A stretch of 64,000 nt of DNA. It comes from Octopus bimaculoides. Taxonomy: Eukaryota. The notes below the pieces were generated by a model. That model ran no database searches. It saw nothing but the letters and a program-made list of their open reading frames with translations, and was not told the DNA's origin. Each line of letters begins with the position of its first letter. The stretch's first letter is position 1. Positions 1 to 11,605 of this stretch are shown one piece after another. Position numbers and translations under genes: made by a program. The DNA is taken from NCBI RefSeq assembly GCF_001194135.2, contig NC_069002.1, positions 17,326,390 to 17,390,389 on the forward strand. The letters are read 5' to 3'.

Positions 1-39
1 ACATTCCCCACCAGTATGAGACACCAGTCCATTGCAGGG

Positions 40-200
40 TTAACTACCCAGCTATTGCCGGAACTCATTTACTGCTGAGTGATCTGGAGCAATGGGAAAT
101 GAAGTGTTTTGTTCAAGAACACAACACACAGCATGGTCTGAGTATCAAAACCACGATCTTGTAATCTTGAGTGCAACACCCTAAACTCTTGGCCATGCTC
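40..200 (-). mobile_element. tRNA-headed CORE-like SINE (family C), partial
   Basis: Reverse complement of the head ...gtgttcttgaacaaaacacttcatttc...ctccag..cactcagc, shared with copies at 1570, 11265 and 61905. Confidence 0.7.
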
Positions 201-542
201 CTTAACCCAGACCATACTAAGGAAGAATAAAATTAAGCTTTAAAAAAAGTAGGGATTGTAGAGTAAGCTGGGGTTTTTTTTTTTTTTNNNNNNNNNNNNN
301 NNNNNNNNNNNNNNNNNNNNNNNNNNNNNNNNNNNNNNNNNNNTGCTGTCCTTTTTTTTTTTTGTCCTTCGCATGTTTTAGTTTCTGTTTTATGAAGGCA
401 GAATGTAGTCTTGTTAGAAAACTGACACCCAAAGACTTAATTATCACATGTTTTGGATGAGTTTTTATAGTTATTATGAATTCCATAAATGACATCACCA
501 TTTAATTTCATTTTTTCTGTCTCTTACCAGTAAAATTCTTAA

Positions 543-603
543 CTGACAATCATTTTTTTTTCACAATTACTGTTTCTTTTTTTCTCCATTAGGCCTTGAA
601 GAG
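543..603 (+). promoter_or_regulatory. Splice acceptor and 11-nt 5'UTR part of the RNF41 exon (exon starts at 593)
   Basis: CTGAC branch-like motif at 543-547, pyrimidine tract tgtttctttttttctccatt, AG at 591-592. Confidence 0.75.
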
Positions 604-693
604 ATGGGTTATGAAGTTGTCAGATTTCAGGGGGATGTTGATGAAGAATTGATTTGTGCTATTTGCAGTGGAGTTCTTGAGGATCCACTCCAG
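604..693 (+). CDS. RNF41: First coding exon of E3 ubiquitin-protein ligase NRDP1 (RING finger protein 41); 30 codons, phase-0 donor
   Basis: ATG at 604 reads [30 protein letters not shown], nearly identical to the remembered vertebrate RNF41 N-terminus ([30 protein letters not shown]) with the first RING CxxC. Ends CAG|GTAAGT at 693/694. Too short for the ORF track. Confidence 0.93.
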
Positions 694-834
694 GTAAGTT
701 AATTAACCAAAAATATTCAGTTTGTCTCTCATTCCACTGAATGGGTCATTCATTCTCATCACACTTTTGTTGTTTCAGAATATTTTCTTGAACGTTGTTT
801 TTTATTTTTATCATGTTCCCATATTTATATCACT

Positions 835-1190
835 CATCATTATCAACAGCATCATAATTTAAAACCCACTTTTTCTTGCATGCATGGGCTACACAGAGTT
901 TGTTGCCACAGATTTTCTATGGCCAGATGTCCTTCCTGTTGCCAATCCTAACATATTTCTAAGTTAATGTTTCCCTATACCAAGACATGTTCCTTAAGAA
1001 AGACTGGAAATGAACAACTTTACTTGTATGACAATGGTGATCATTTACAACCATCATGTGATGTCTCGACAAAAGCACACACACCATTCTTTCAGTTTCC
1101 ATCTACCAAATCTAGTTATAAGAGTTTCATCAGCCTGGGCCTAAGGTGCACATGATTGGGAAGCAACATTTTTAACCACACACCTACCAC
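835..1190 (-). mobile_element. SINE with family-A head and RTE-LINE-type 3' tail (A2), (GAT)n-like end
   Basis: Head region (tttcagtttccatctaccaaatc...gggaagcaa) matches family A. Tail cttgcatgcatgggc/gatgtccttcctgttgccaa matches the RTE 3' end at 24041-24180. Confidence 0.6.
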
Positions 1191-1569
1191 ATACCTGCAC
1201 TTTCATCATCTCTATACATACATAAGTCCTAGCTGTTGCTGGTGGGAAGGCAGTGGCAACAGCAACAGTAGTGGTAGTGGTGGCAGCAGCAGGGGTACTA
1301 AAGTAAGACCAACAGTAACATGATACAATGTTGATCAGGCTTTAGTCACTAAAACTCTTAAATTAAGACCATTAGTATTGTGGCACAATGTCTATCAATC
1401 TTTATTCATTAAAACTGTATTTCTCTGTCATCTTTGATCTGGCAGGAATGGCATGGTAAGACTGTGTTTCACAGAAGAATTTTTCTATCCATCCATCCAT
1501 CCATCTTCTCTGCCAACTATTCCTGGGAAGGTTGTGGGGTGTTGTCAGGTACCTCCTTTGTAGGTGGAA

Positions 1570-1790
1570 GCTCATGGCTTAGTGGTTAGGGTGTTGGACT
1601 CATGATCCTAAGATTGTCGTTTTGTTTCCTGGACCAGGCAACACATTGTGTTCTTGAGCAAAACACTTCATTTCACATTGCTTCAGTTCACTCAGCTGGC
1701 AAAAATGAGTAATCCTGTAAGGGAGCAGCATCCTGCCCAGGTGGGGAATTTATATGCCATGGAAACCAGCTCTCATGAGTTGACATGACT
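1570..1790 (+). mobile_element. SINE family C
   Basis: Box-A-like tggcttagtggttagg, degenerate box B, then tgtgttcttgagcaaaacacttcatttcac...cactcagctg. Confidence 0.7.
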
Positions 1791-1799
1791 CAAGAAGGA

Positions 1800-1950
1800 A
1801 GGTAACTTCATTGGGTCCTGTCAGAAACAACCATCTCATTCTTGGTCTACCCCTAGGTCTCCTGATGGTTGGCCTGGCTTGAAGGAGCCATAGGTCAAGT
1901 ATGAATACCAGTCTGATTCTTGGCATGAATAAAATCATGAAAAACTGCAA
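1800..1950 (-). pseudogene. Remnant of LINE (RTE-like) reverse transcriptase C-terminus
   Basis: Translates ...MPRIRLV...LLQARPTIRRPRGRPRMRWL, matching the RxRGRPxxRW motif that closes RTE-type ORF2. Confidence 0.55.
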
Positions 1951-2653
1951 TATGAAAGGGAGGAGGTCTTATATTTTGGAATGCATCCCAGGTTTTCACT
2001 ATCCTGTCAAAGATCACACTGTGTATTCCTACGTATACGTTGTATCTTTAATTTAAAATTCATAGTCATCTCCCTTGTCTTTCTTGAACAGAATTATGTA
2101 ACCTACAGTTATCATTACAGTTATAATAATAATATCATTTAAAATTTCTTGAATCACTACATTTAACACTGACCTTATTATTTGTTTTTCATCCAGAAGG
2201 CATCTCTGGGTATCCCCATTTCCTCCAAGTCATGCTACTTATTTGTAGGCTTTAACTTCGGTTCTTAATCTCTATAAAGATATAGATGATTCTATATAAT
2301 CACTTTTACTTTAACATTTTTTTCTTTCTTTTCTTTTCTCAATTTTTGTCAACACTGGTAAGAATTTGGTTACATGGTGCTAGAAAAATGTTGTAAACTA
2401 AAAGTAACCTCTGTTTGTATAAATCTAGATCCATTCCTGATATTTTATAAGATTCAAAGAACTATCTGATGATAAATGTTGAATTGTTCTTGTGACGCAG
2501 TGAAAGAAAAACCTTTAAGCATTTGGCATTCACTGCCATTTATTCTGTTTTGTGGTGTGACTGAAAATAACTTGTTGCTATGGTAATAAGAGTCATTGTT
2601 CAGTAAAATGGACTTTAATTAAGATACACTATCTATTTAGTTACTGTGGATCT

Positions 2654-2687
<34 letters not shown>

Positions 2688-2689
2688 CA

Positions 2690-2850
2690 ATGTGCAGGCA
2701 TGGCTGTGGTGGTTAAGAGGTTTGCCCTCTGATCACATGGTTTCAGGTTCAGTCCTACTGCATAGCACTTTGGGTAAATGTCTTTTACTATAGCCCCAGG
2801 ATGACCAAAGCCTTGTGAGAGCATTTGATAGATGGAAATTGAAAGAATCC
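2690..2850 (+). mobile_element. SINE family A head
   Basis: gcaggcatggctgtggtggttaagaggtttgc...ggttcagtcc...ttgggtaaatgtctt...gatggaaattgaaagaa. Confidence 0.75.
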
Positions 2851-2964
2851 TGGTGTGTATGTGTGGGTGCCTGCACGTGCACATGCATGAACACACAGGC
2901 ACCCACACATACAAACTAGGATTCTTTTAGTTTCCATGCATGAACACATCTACATATATATGTA

Positions 2965-2966
<2 letters not shown>

Positions 2967-3035
<69 letters not shown>
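2967..3035. repeat. (TATC)n/(GATA)n microsatellite running into an assembly gap
   Basis: Directly visible. Confidence 0.95.
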
Positions 3036-3674
3036 NNNNNNNNNNNNNNNNNNNNNNNNNNNNNNNNNNNNNNNNNNNNNNNNNNNNNNNNNNNNNNNNN
3101 NNNNNNNNNNNNNNNNNNNNNNNNNNNNNNNNNNNNNNNNNNNNNNNNNNNNNNNNNNNNNNNNNNNNNNNNNNNNNNNNNNNNNNNNNNNNNNNNNNNN
3201 NNNNNNNNNNNNNNNNNNNNNNNNNNNNNNNNNNNNNNNNNNNNNNNNNNNNNNNNNNNNNNNNNNNNNNNNNNNNNNNNNNNNNNNNNNNNNNNNNNNN
3301 NNNNNNNNNNNNNNNNNNNNNNNNNNNNNNNNNNNNNNNNNNNNNNNNNNNNNNNNNNNNNNNNNNNNNNNNNNNNNNNNNNNNNNNNNNNNNNNNNNNN
3401 NNNNNNNNNNNNNNNNNNNNNNNNNNNNNNNNNNNNNNNNNNNNNNNNNNNNNNNNNNNNNNNNNNNNNNNNNNNNNNNNNNNNNNNNNNNNNNNNNNNN
3501 NNNNNNNNNNNNNNNNNNNNNNNNNNNNNNNNNNNNNNNNNNNNNAAAAGGTGAAAACAAGCAATGTTAATTCTCTAAATGAAGTATTAACAGTAACTGC
3601 ACGATAAAGTGTAGTATATTGCCACTTAAGTGTGGCTGACCCCTAGGGGTGGATGTTACTGTTGCTTTTAGCCC

Positions 3675-3870
3675 CAGGAGGACAAAACTGTGCTGGTATG
3701 AGATTGTGATATGCTGATCACTTAATGGGGTTGGAGTTTGTGGAAAAGGGAGACCCTGAAAGATGTGGGACAAGGTTGTGAAAGTTGATCTCCAGACCTT
3801 TAGCCTCATGGAGATATCAAAGGTCTGGGATGACTGGTGATGTGTGGTTTTTGAGATGAACTGCCCAGCT
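3675..3870 (+). pseudogene. Decayed RTE LINE ORF2 C-terminus
   Basis: Frames give RTKLCWYEIV (cf. RRLRWYGHV) and GKGRP*KMWDKVVKVDLQTFSL...DDW (cf. GRGRPRKTWDEVVKxDLxxLGL...W). Confidence 0.6.
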
Positions 3871-4534
3871 CTGTGAAATTGTTATCTGGAAACACTGTGT
3901 GTATATAAAGCAAGTGTTTAAGGGAAAGAGCAAAGCTGACTGTCCTCGGCAGTAAACTAAAACAAAGCCAAAATTACTTTTGTGAAATTTAAATTGGAAC
4001 TAGGAGGGTGGCAGCTAAATCCAGTCAAAACATTTAGACCAGCAGTCTTTTGAATGACCTTGAAAAAAATGCTTATTTCTTATCTAAGGCACAGCAAATT
4101 TGTGACATCATGAGGAACATTGTTGATCCTTAATTTGTCAATGCTCTGGAAGAAAAATAATTAAGTTAACCTTGTTATGATTTAAGTTTTGAAAGGTGGA
4201 CGAAATTGAACACAGTAAATATATTTAATGTGGCCAAGCTCTGTCTGTGTATATCTATGTTGAAAGTGGATAAATATATATGTAAATAGAAACCAAATAT
4301 GCCTGCAAAAAGTTAGAACTGGCGATAGTATGTACAAGGTTCAGGGGAGGTAATTGAGGTTGACTCTAGTGAAACTTTCTTGGCCTGCGTTACAGCCTCA
4401 ACTTAGTTTATTAATGTCATCTTTCTCCCGATATATTTATATATATAGTAAAGTTTCTTTGTTTATTGTATAGGCAAGTAGTTTGAAGTGCTCAGATAAA
4501 AAAAAAACCCAAGGCACAAAGGTATAAAAAAATG

Positions 4535-5027
4535 TTAAGGAGAATTTCAGATAGGTTCAACAATTTAAATAAGTGTATATGCTGCCATGGATCGATGTAT
4601 ATCAATTTTTAAATATACCAATGTGTCAGTCATTAAAATATTAAGACATTAAAAATCTATGAAAACATAAATATATAAAAATTAAATATACACATATAAA
4701 TAGATGAGTGAAATTAGGTTGCAAAAGTATAGATGTATAAAAGTATAGATATATAAAAATATATTTAGAATTGCAGTCATATTAAACGCTTTTTAATATG
4801 AATGAAATTCTAAATATATTTTTATACATCTATACTTTTATGACCTAATTTCACTCATCTATTTATTTATGTATATTTAATTTTTATATATTTATGTATT
4901 CAGATTTTTAATATGTCTTAATATTTTAATGACTGGTATTTTGGTATATTTAAAAACTGATATACATCGATCCATGGCAGAATATATGTTTATTTAAATT
5001 GTTGAATCTATCTGAAATTCTCTTTAA
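4535..5027. mobile_element. Foldback (near-complete palindrome) element with TTAA ends; Kolobok-like non-autonomous DNA transposon
   Basis: Left arm about 4535-4786 and right arm about 4792-5027 are reverse complements with a ~5-nt spacer. Termini are TTAA|GGAGAATTTCAGATAG and CTATCTGAAATTCTCT|TTAA. Confidence 0.75.
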
Positions 5028-5690
5028 CACACACACACACATATATATATATATACATACATACATACATACATACATACATACATGCATATATATATAT
5101 ATATATATNNNNNNNNNNNNNNNNNNNNNNNNNNNNNNNNNNNNNNNNNNNNNNNNNNNNNNNNNNNNNNNNNNNNNNNNNNNNNNNNNNNNNNNNNNNN
5201 NNNNNNNNNNNNNNNNNNNNNNNNNNNNNNNNNNNNNNNNNNNNNNNNNNNNNNNNNNNNNNNNNNNNNNNNNNNNNNNNNNNNNNNNNNNNNNNNNNNN
5301 NNNNNNNNNNNNNNNNNNNNNNNNNNNNNNNNNNNNNNNNNNNNNNNNNNNNNNNNNNNNNNNNNNNNNNNNNNNNNNNNNNNNNNNNNNNNNNNNNNNN
5401 NNNNNNNNNNNNNNNNNNNNNNNNNNNNNNNNNNNNNNNNNNNNNNNNNNNNNNNNNNNNNNNNNNNNNNNNNNNNNNNNNNNNNNNNNNNNNNNNNNNN
5501 NNNNNNNNNNNNNNNNNNNNNNNNNNNNNNNNNNNNNNNNNNNNNNNNNNNNNNNNNNNNNNNNNNNNNNNNNNNNNNNNNNNNNNNNNNNNNNNNNNNN
5601 NNNNNNNNNNNNNNNNNNNNNNNNNNNNNNNNNNNNNNNNNNNNNNNNNNNNNNNNNNNNNNNNNNNNNNNNNNNNNNNNNNNNNNNNNA

Positions 5691-5790
5691 CAGGGTATCA
5701 AGAGATACCACCATGCGGACATTTATTGTGGTTTTAGAGTCAGGATTTGACTGCTATTTTTTCAGCGTGGTGGTATCTCTTGATACCCTG
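5691..5790. mobile_element. 100-bp Tc1/mariner-type MITE
   Basis: TIRs CAGGGTATCAAGAGATACCACCA(T/C)GC at both ends, TA after the right end. Left flank is a gap. Confidence 0.85.
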
Positions 5791-5793
5791 TAT

Positions 5794-5840
<47 letters not shown>

Positions 5841-6053
5841 GAAATCAATCTGTGTAAAAACCAATAGGAAGAGTATTCCATCTAATGAGAGTCTCATATT
5901 ACTATAATTTATATATATGATTTTTCTTTTTGTTTTGTTTTTTTTATTATTCATTTACCCATCTTGGTGGAATCTTCCATTAGGTACATTTTGCTTTCGA
6001 ATCGCTTCACACCTGTCCTCTATTTAAATGTAAATCTCTTGGTTGCATAGTTC

Positions 6054-6105
6054 AATCAGCACCTGATGAATGTACTTATGTACGTGAAACTATTAGTAGT
6101 GCATT
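6054..6105 (+). ncRNA. Minimal type-I hammerhead ribozyme motif (Penelope/retrozyme type)
   Basis: Stem I GCAC(6059-62)/GTGC(6099-6102); core CTGATGA 6063-69; stem II ATGTAC-ttat-GTACGT 6070-85; GAAA 6086-89; stem III ACT-att-AGT; GTA triplet 6096-98. Confidence 0.7.
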
Positions 6106-6344
6106 AATGCATGTAGTGTGAAGCATTTATAGTAATATATATATTGTGTATGTGTGCACACACAATTTAATTTAATATTCTTTCTATTTCTTCCTAGCCA
6201 TCTGCTTGTAAGCGTTGAAGTGAAATATGATACTGTAAACCAGTTTGCTTAACTCTGAACACTGAAAGCTGATATCTCAACAGCAATTATTCTATTATTA
6301 TCTAACTAAAGGTTATTATTAAATATTACTAAAATATAACAATA

Positions 6345-6800
6345 TTATTTCTTTCTACTATAGGTACATGACTTGAAATTATGGGGGAGAGGGCTAATCA
6401 ATTACATCAACACTAGTGCTCAACTAATACTTATTATATTGACCCTGAGAGAATAAAAGACAAAGTCAGCTATGGTGGAATTTGAACTCACAGTGTATAG
6501 CTGGAAGAAACGCTGCTAAGCCTTATATCTAACATGCTAGTGATTCTGTCAACTCACTGCTTTAATATTAATATTAGTTTCAAATTTTGGCACAAGGCCA
6601 GCAAGTTTGGCGGTGGGGTTAAGTTGATTACATCGCCCCCAGTGCTCAACTGGCACTTATTTTATTGACCTTGAAAGGGATGAAAGGCAAATTCAGCCTT
6701 GGTGGAATCTGAAGTCAGAACATAAAAACTGAGGAGATGCTGCTAAGCATCTTGCCTGGTGTGCTAACAATTCTGCCAGCTCACTGCCTTACCTTTATAT
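6345..6800 (-). mobile_element. Two tandem copies of SINE family B
   Basis: Each has ggcacaaggcc...tacttattttattgacc..gaaaggatgaaaggcaaa...tttgaactca...gctaagc...ctgccagctcac, the reverse complement of the B consensus. Confidence 0.8.
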
Positions 6801-7539
6801 TAGTATTAAAATCATTTTGTTTCATATTGAACTGTTCTGTATGCATAAAAAGCACATTGCCTGTTTAGTGCATTCATCACCATAGTTTTTAACTTCACCA
6901 ATGTTACCATTGTCATTCAAGATCATGATCACACTCGGTCAGTGAGAAATAGCAGCTAAATCTTCCTCATTTCACACTCTGCCAATTCACAGAAAGACTC
7001 AATGTTTGTAGTCTGAGGTAGATAGTATTTAGAAAAGAAAGAATGTTGTTGGAATAGCTCACCTTCAGTTTTCTGTTTGCTTGATCCAGCTAACTTGAGC
7101 TCAAACACCATCATAATTACACATACTTGTCAAAAGAAATAGAACTTTGTTATATGTACATCTTCCTCCTTCTCATCATCATCATTTAATGTTCAGCTTC
7201 CATACTGGTCTGACGAAATCTGATGCTGTTTCAAAACTGCATCATACCCCAGTGTCTGCTTCGGCATAGTTTTTATGGCTGGATACCTTTTCTGATGCCA
7301 ACTGTTCTACAGAGTGCACTGGGTGCTTTATTGTGTACATTTCCCCTTACAGGTTTCTATAAGAGAGAGCAAGAGAGAGAAATAGTTAAAACTATGGGGT
7401 GAAGGAGATGGTTTGTTTTTCAAACCAGCTACTATAAATAATGTAAGTTTTAATGTAACAGATCAAACTATTCAAGCTAGTATAAGGAGAACTTTAATAA
7501 GATGTTATCGGTATTATTTAGAGAGAAAAATCAAAGCAG

Positions 7540-7740
7540 CAAGCTGGCAGAGAGGCAAAATACTCAGTAGCATTTCATCCATCTTTATATTCTGAGTTCA
7601 AATTCCATCAAGGTCGACTTTGTCTATCATCCTTTTGGGGTTAATGAAATAAGTACCAGTTGAGAACAGGGGTCAATGTAACTGACTTATCCTCACCCCT
7701 GAAATTACGGGCCTTGTGCCAAAAGTTGAGATCAGTATTA
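7540..7740 (+). mobile_element. SINE family B
   Basis: aagctggcaga...ctgagttcaaattcc...gtcgactttg...aagtaccagttgag...ggccttgtgccaaaa. Confidence 0.8.
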
Positions 7741-7779
7741 TCCAGAGAGAATAAATAAAGCTTGGTGGTTGTTTCTTTT

Positions 7780-8175
7780 GTTTTTTAATCTTGTTTCAGT
7801 CATTTGGCTGCAGCCATGCTGGAGCACTGCCTTGAAGGGTTTTAGTCAAACAAATCGACTCCAGGACTTATTTGTTTTTAAAGACTAGTGCTTATTCTGT
7901 TGATCTCTTTTGCTGAACCACTAAGTTATGGGGACATAAACACACCAACACCAGTTGTGAAGCAATAGTGGGGAGCAAACACAGGCACAAAGACACACAC
8001 ACACACACACACACATGACATGGGCTTCTTTTAGTTACTATCTTCCAAATCTACTCACAAGACTTTTGTTGGCCCGATGCTATAAAAGAAGGCACTTACC
8101 CAAGTTGGTTTGCAGTGGGACTGAACCCCAAACCATGTGGTTGAGAATCAAGTTTCTTACCACACAACCACACTT
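7780..8175 (-). mobile_element. SINE family A, full length with internal (CA)n
   Basis: gtttcagtcatttggctgcagccatgctggagcac...(ca)n...cagtgggactgaaccc..aaccatgtggttg. Confidence 0.85.
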
Positions 8176-8662
8176 GCACCTTTTATTGATTTATTTATTT
8201 TTTACTGATTTCTGATGATAGAAGTACAAATAAAAATAGTGAAGTTTGTTTTTATTGTGTATAACAAAATCAGTAATTTACCTAATGGAAAATAAATCTT
8301 GTTACTGTTGCAGTTTATATCAACTGGTCTTATGTAAGAGGTGGTACACTAATATTATAAAATATTTTAACCTTGTTTCATCTTGTCTGAAGGCGATGAC
8401 ACTGAAAAATCGATATGGTAAAATTTATGACACTAACTTAAAAGGAAGAAAAAAAAAAACTGTATTATTGACCATTTTTAACAGAATTTCTGCTCAAATT
8501 TTTTAAAGTGTATTAAGTCCATAACGAAAAGTGCGTCTGTTATTTTTACTATCATTGTAGCAGTAGCCTCCCTTGTTCCAACTAAAAAAATTTTTGGACT
8601 AGAAATGGATTCACGGCGAAATAACGCAAAGAAAACTAACACACACACACTANNNNNNNNNN

Positions 8663-8712
<50 letters not shown>

Positions 8713-9169
8713 ACTAATACGTTGAATAAATTAAAAAAGTAAAAATACCCAATGAAAACGAAATTACATTCATTGTCTTCTGCTATAATGGGGACAGTTC
8801 TGGTAGGGATGGTACTTTTTAAGGTAAAGAAATAGCAAAATCTCTCTAGGACCCCGGACTACCGATTTCCTCCACAAAATAGGGATAACGGAGGCCCGTC
8901 GGAGAAAGGAGCCCCGCAAAGTGGAGTAACTGCTGCAGTAAATGTCACTGGCTATTCTCTGCGGCGACACCATCGCTGTCATTACCACGGGCGCGACTGA
9001 ACAAACCATTTGTTCTGGGGGTATGCGGCCTATCGTCCCCTCCCGTTCCATCTCCTACCGCTTTACCCCCTCCTATCTTCTTTTCTTTTTCTTTCTCATC
9101 TCTCTTTTTTCCTGTTACTTTGTTTTTAAATGTTCTAATAAAATAAAAGGAAAGATTAAGGAAAATGAA

Positions 9170-9309
9170 ACTCTTGGCGTTGCTGTGTGAAAAGAAGTTT
9201 GCTCCCAACCACATGGTTCCGGGTTCAGTCCTACGGTAGATGGAAACTGAAAGAAGCCTGTCGTATGTGTGTGTGTAAATATATATATATATGTGTATGT
9301 ATGTATTTA

Positions 9310-9348
<39 letters not shown>

Positions 9349-9900
9349 GTGGCCTGATCAATAAGTATCCGGACTGTTGCCATAGTAACGAAACGTCTGA
9401 ACCTCTCGTACACTTGTATGTGGCTCATACACTCCTTTCCATATGAATTCTGCAATTTTGTGTAGGCCTCTGAGCAGGTATCGCCATGACAACTCTCTGT
9501 GTCCTGGTGACTATCACACACTACACACCTTCCTTCCAAGCACTGCTGTAAACAGCAAAAGTGAGCTAGAATGTTAAAACTTATTGCGCATACACAGCAG
9601 AGTTCAAGGTCAGTCTGTGCCAAGCAGCTTTACTCTGCATGCTTTAGCTTTGTTGCTATGGCAACAATCCGGATACTTATTGATCAGACCTCCTGTGTGT
9701 GTGTGTGTGTGTGTGTGTCTTTGTCTCTTTGTTTGTCCCCTCACCACGCTGGTGTGTTTATGTCCCTGTAATTTAGTGGCTCAGCAAAAGGGACTGATAA
9801 AATAAGTACCAGGCTTAAAATAATAAGTCCTGGGGTCGACTCACTCGATTAAAAACTCTCCAAGGTGGTGCCCCAGATAAAAAAGATAGTCCCCGAAACT
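9170..9900 (+). mobile_element. SINE family A split by a mariner MITE inside its internal microsatellite
   Basis: Head 9170-9262, (TA)n, MITE, (TG)n, then tail tccctgtaatttagtggctcagcaaaag...aagtcctggggtcgac. Confidence 0.75.
9346..9696 (-). mobile_element. Mariner-derived MITE (~350 bp) with HTH remnant
   Basis: ~45-bp TIRs (CTGATCAATAAGTATCCGGA(C/T)TGTTGCCATAG), TA at 9346-47. Minus strand reads EAYTKLQNSYGKECMSHIQVYERFRRF, like a mariner N-terminal HTH. Confidence 0.8.
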
Positions 9901-10505
9901 AAAAACTGGATTATGACACATCATAAGATGTTCATCACTATGTCATATCTCACAGTTCACATATGCTTTGTACTCTCCTCTTCCAATATGACTTCACTTC
10001 CTGCTTGTCCTACTCACTCACACACACTTCTACACAGATGCATTATATTACCTTCACTCCTTAACTCTCTTTATGGGTGCAGTCATGGCTATTTGGTTAA
10101 GAAGGTCACTTCCCAACCACATAGTTTTAGGTTTACTCTCACTTTGTGGCACCTTAGGCAAGTGTCTTCTATAGTTGCAAGTCAATCAAAGCTTTGTTAG
10201 TGAATTAGATAAAATAAAACTAAAAAGAGTGTGCGCATGCGCATGCACATGTGTGTGTGTTTAGTATTTTTTTTTTTATTATTGACTTTGAAACAATGAA
10301 AGACAAATTTGGCCGTAGTGAGATTTGAACTTGAAGCACAGTGAGTCTAAACAAACCAATTTGCTACTTTGATGTACATGTATACACCATTTTACACATG
10401 CATGCATACACACACACATATATATACTCTCCATTATATGTATGTGTGCCCCACCATTATATATTCATGTATCCATTGTTATATACATACACATATGTAT
10501 CCACT

Positions 10506-10564
<59 letters not shown>

Positions 10565-11264
10565 TCACCATTATACACACACATGTATTCACCATTATAT
10601 ACACATGTATTTACTAATATATCTGGGGCAGTAGTTAGGTTAAAGGTGTATTATACACCCACATTCTGTGCAGTTTGATGATGTCTCTGGTTTCTCAGCT
10701 TCCCAGTATCATAACGATGTTGAAGATGCTGCCATGTAATATATTGGATGATTGTGGAACAACAACAGTACAGACATGATGGCTAGCAGAATCTCTGTTG
10801 CTGAGATAATAGCAGACATCAATACTCTCTGCCAATTAATTACAACATTGATTAGAGAGAGAGAGCTGGGTGTTGTAGAAGTTTGAATTACACCCCAGAC
10901 ATTGTTCCAACTGTGACTCATAAAGTTTGGTTTTATCAGATAATGCTATTAATTTAAGCTGAGCTTATCCAAAATATCTGATGTCCTACAAACAATCATT
11001 CCTACCCCTGTGATATCATGATGTCATGTTGGGTGCATGCATAGAGGCAACATCTGTCGTATGTTAGGATGGAAATGAAAAGCTGACAAACAACATTTAA
11101 TATTTCACCATATTCACTGTTTTATTAAATCAAATAAAACAAAAATACAAAGACAATTCACTTGTATGTGTGTGTATATCTTGTTAGATATCAACCTAAT
11201 TAACACACATAATTAACTGATATAATTTAGATTCTCAAATTGTTGAAGTTATTATATCTTGCAG

Positions 11265-11605
11265 TAAAAGAGGTTTAAAGACCCTCTTCTGTCATGAATG
11301 ACCATGAGATTGCACCTAGAGAGCTCCCCTCCGAGGCACAAGTCCAGGCAAGATTGCTTATGGAAGACCAGCAGTCACCCATGCATTCCAGCCTCCTCTC
11401 TCCATGCCATCGATGTTATCCAAGAGAAAAGCAAAGGCCAATACAGCTTGGCACCAATGATGCCACAACTCATTTCTACAGCTGAGTGAACTGGAGCAAC
11501 GTGAAATAAAGTGTCTTGCTCAAGAATACAACACATGGGCTGGTCTGGGAATTGAACTCATTACCTCATGATTGTGAGCCCGACGCTCTAACCACTGAGC
11601 CATTA
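11265..11605 (-). mobile_element. SINE family C, full length
   Basis: Reverse complement aligns by eye with 61905-62250; tRNA-like head ggctcagtggttagagcg...gagttcaattccc. Confidence 0.85.
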
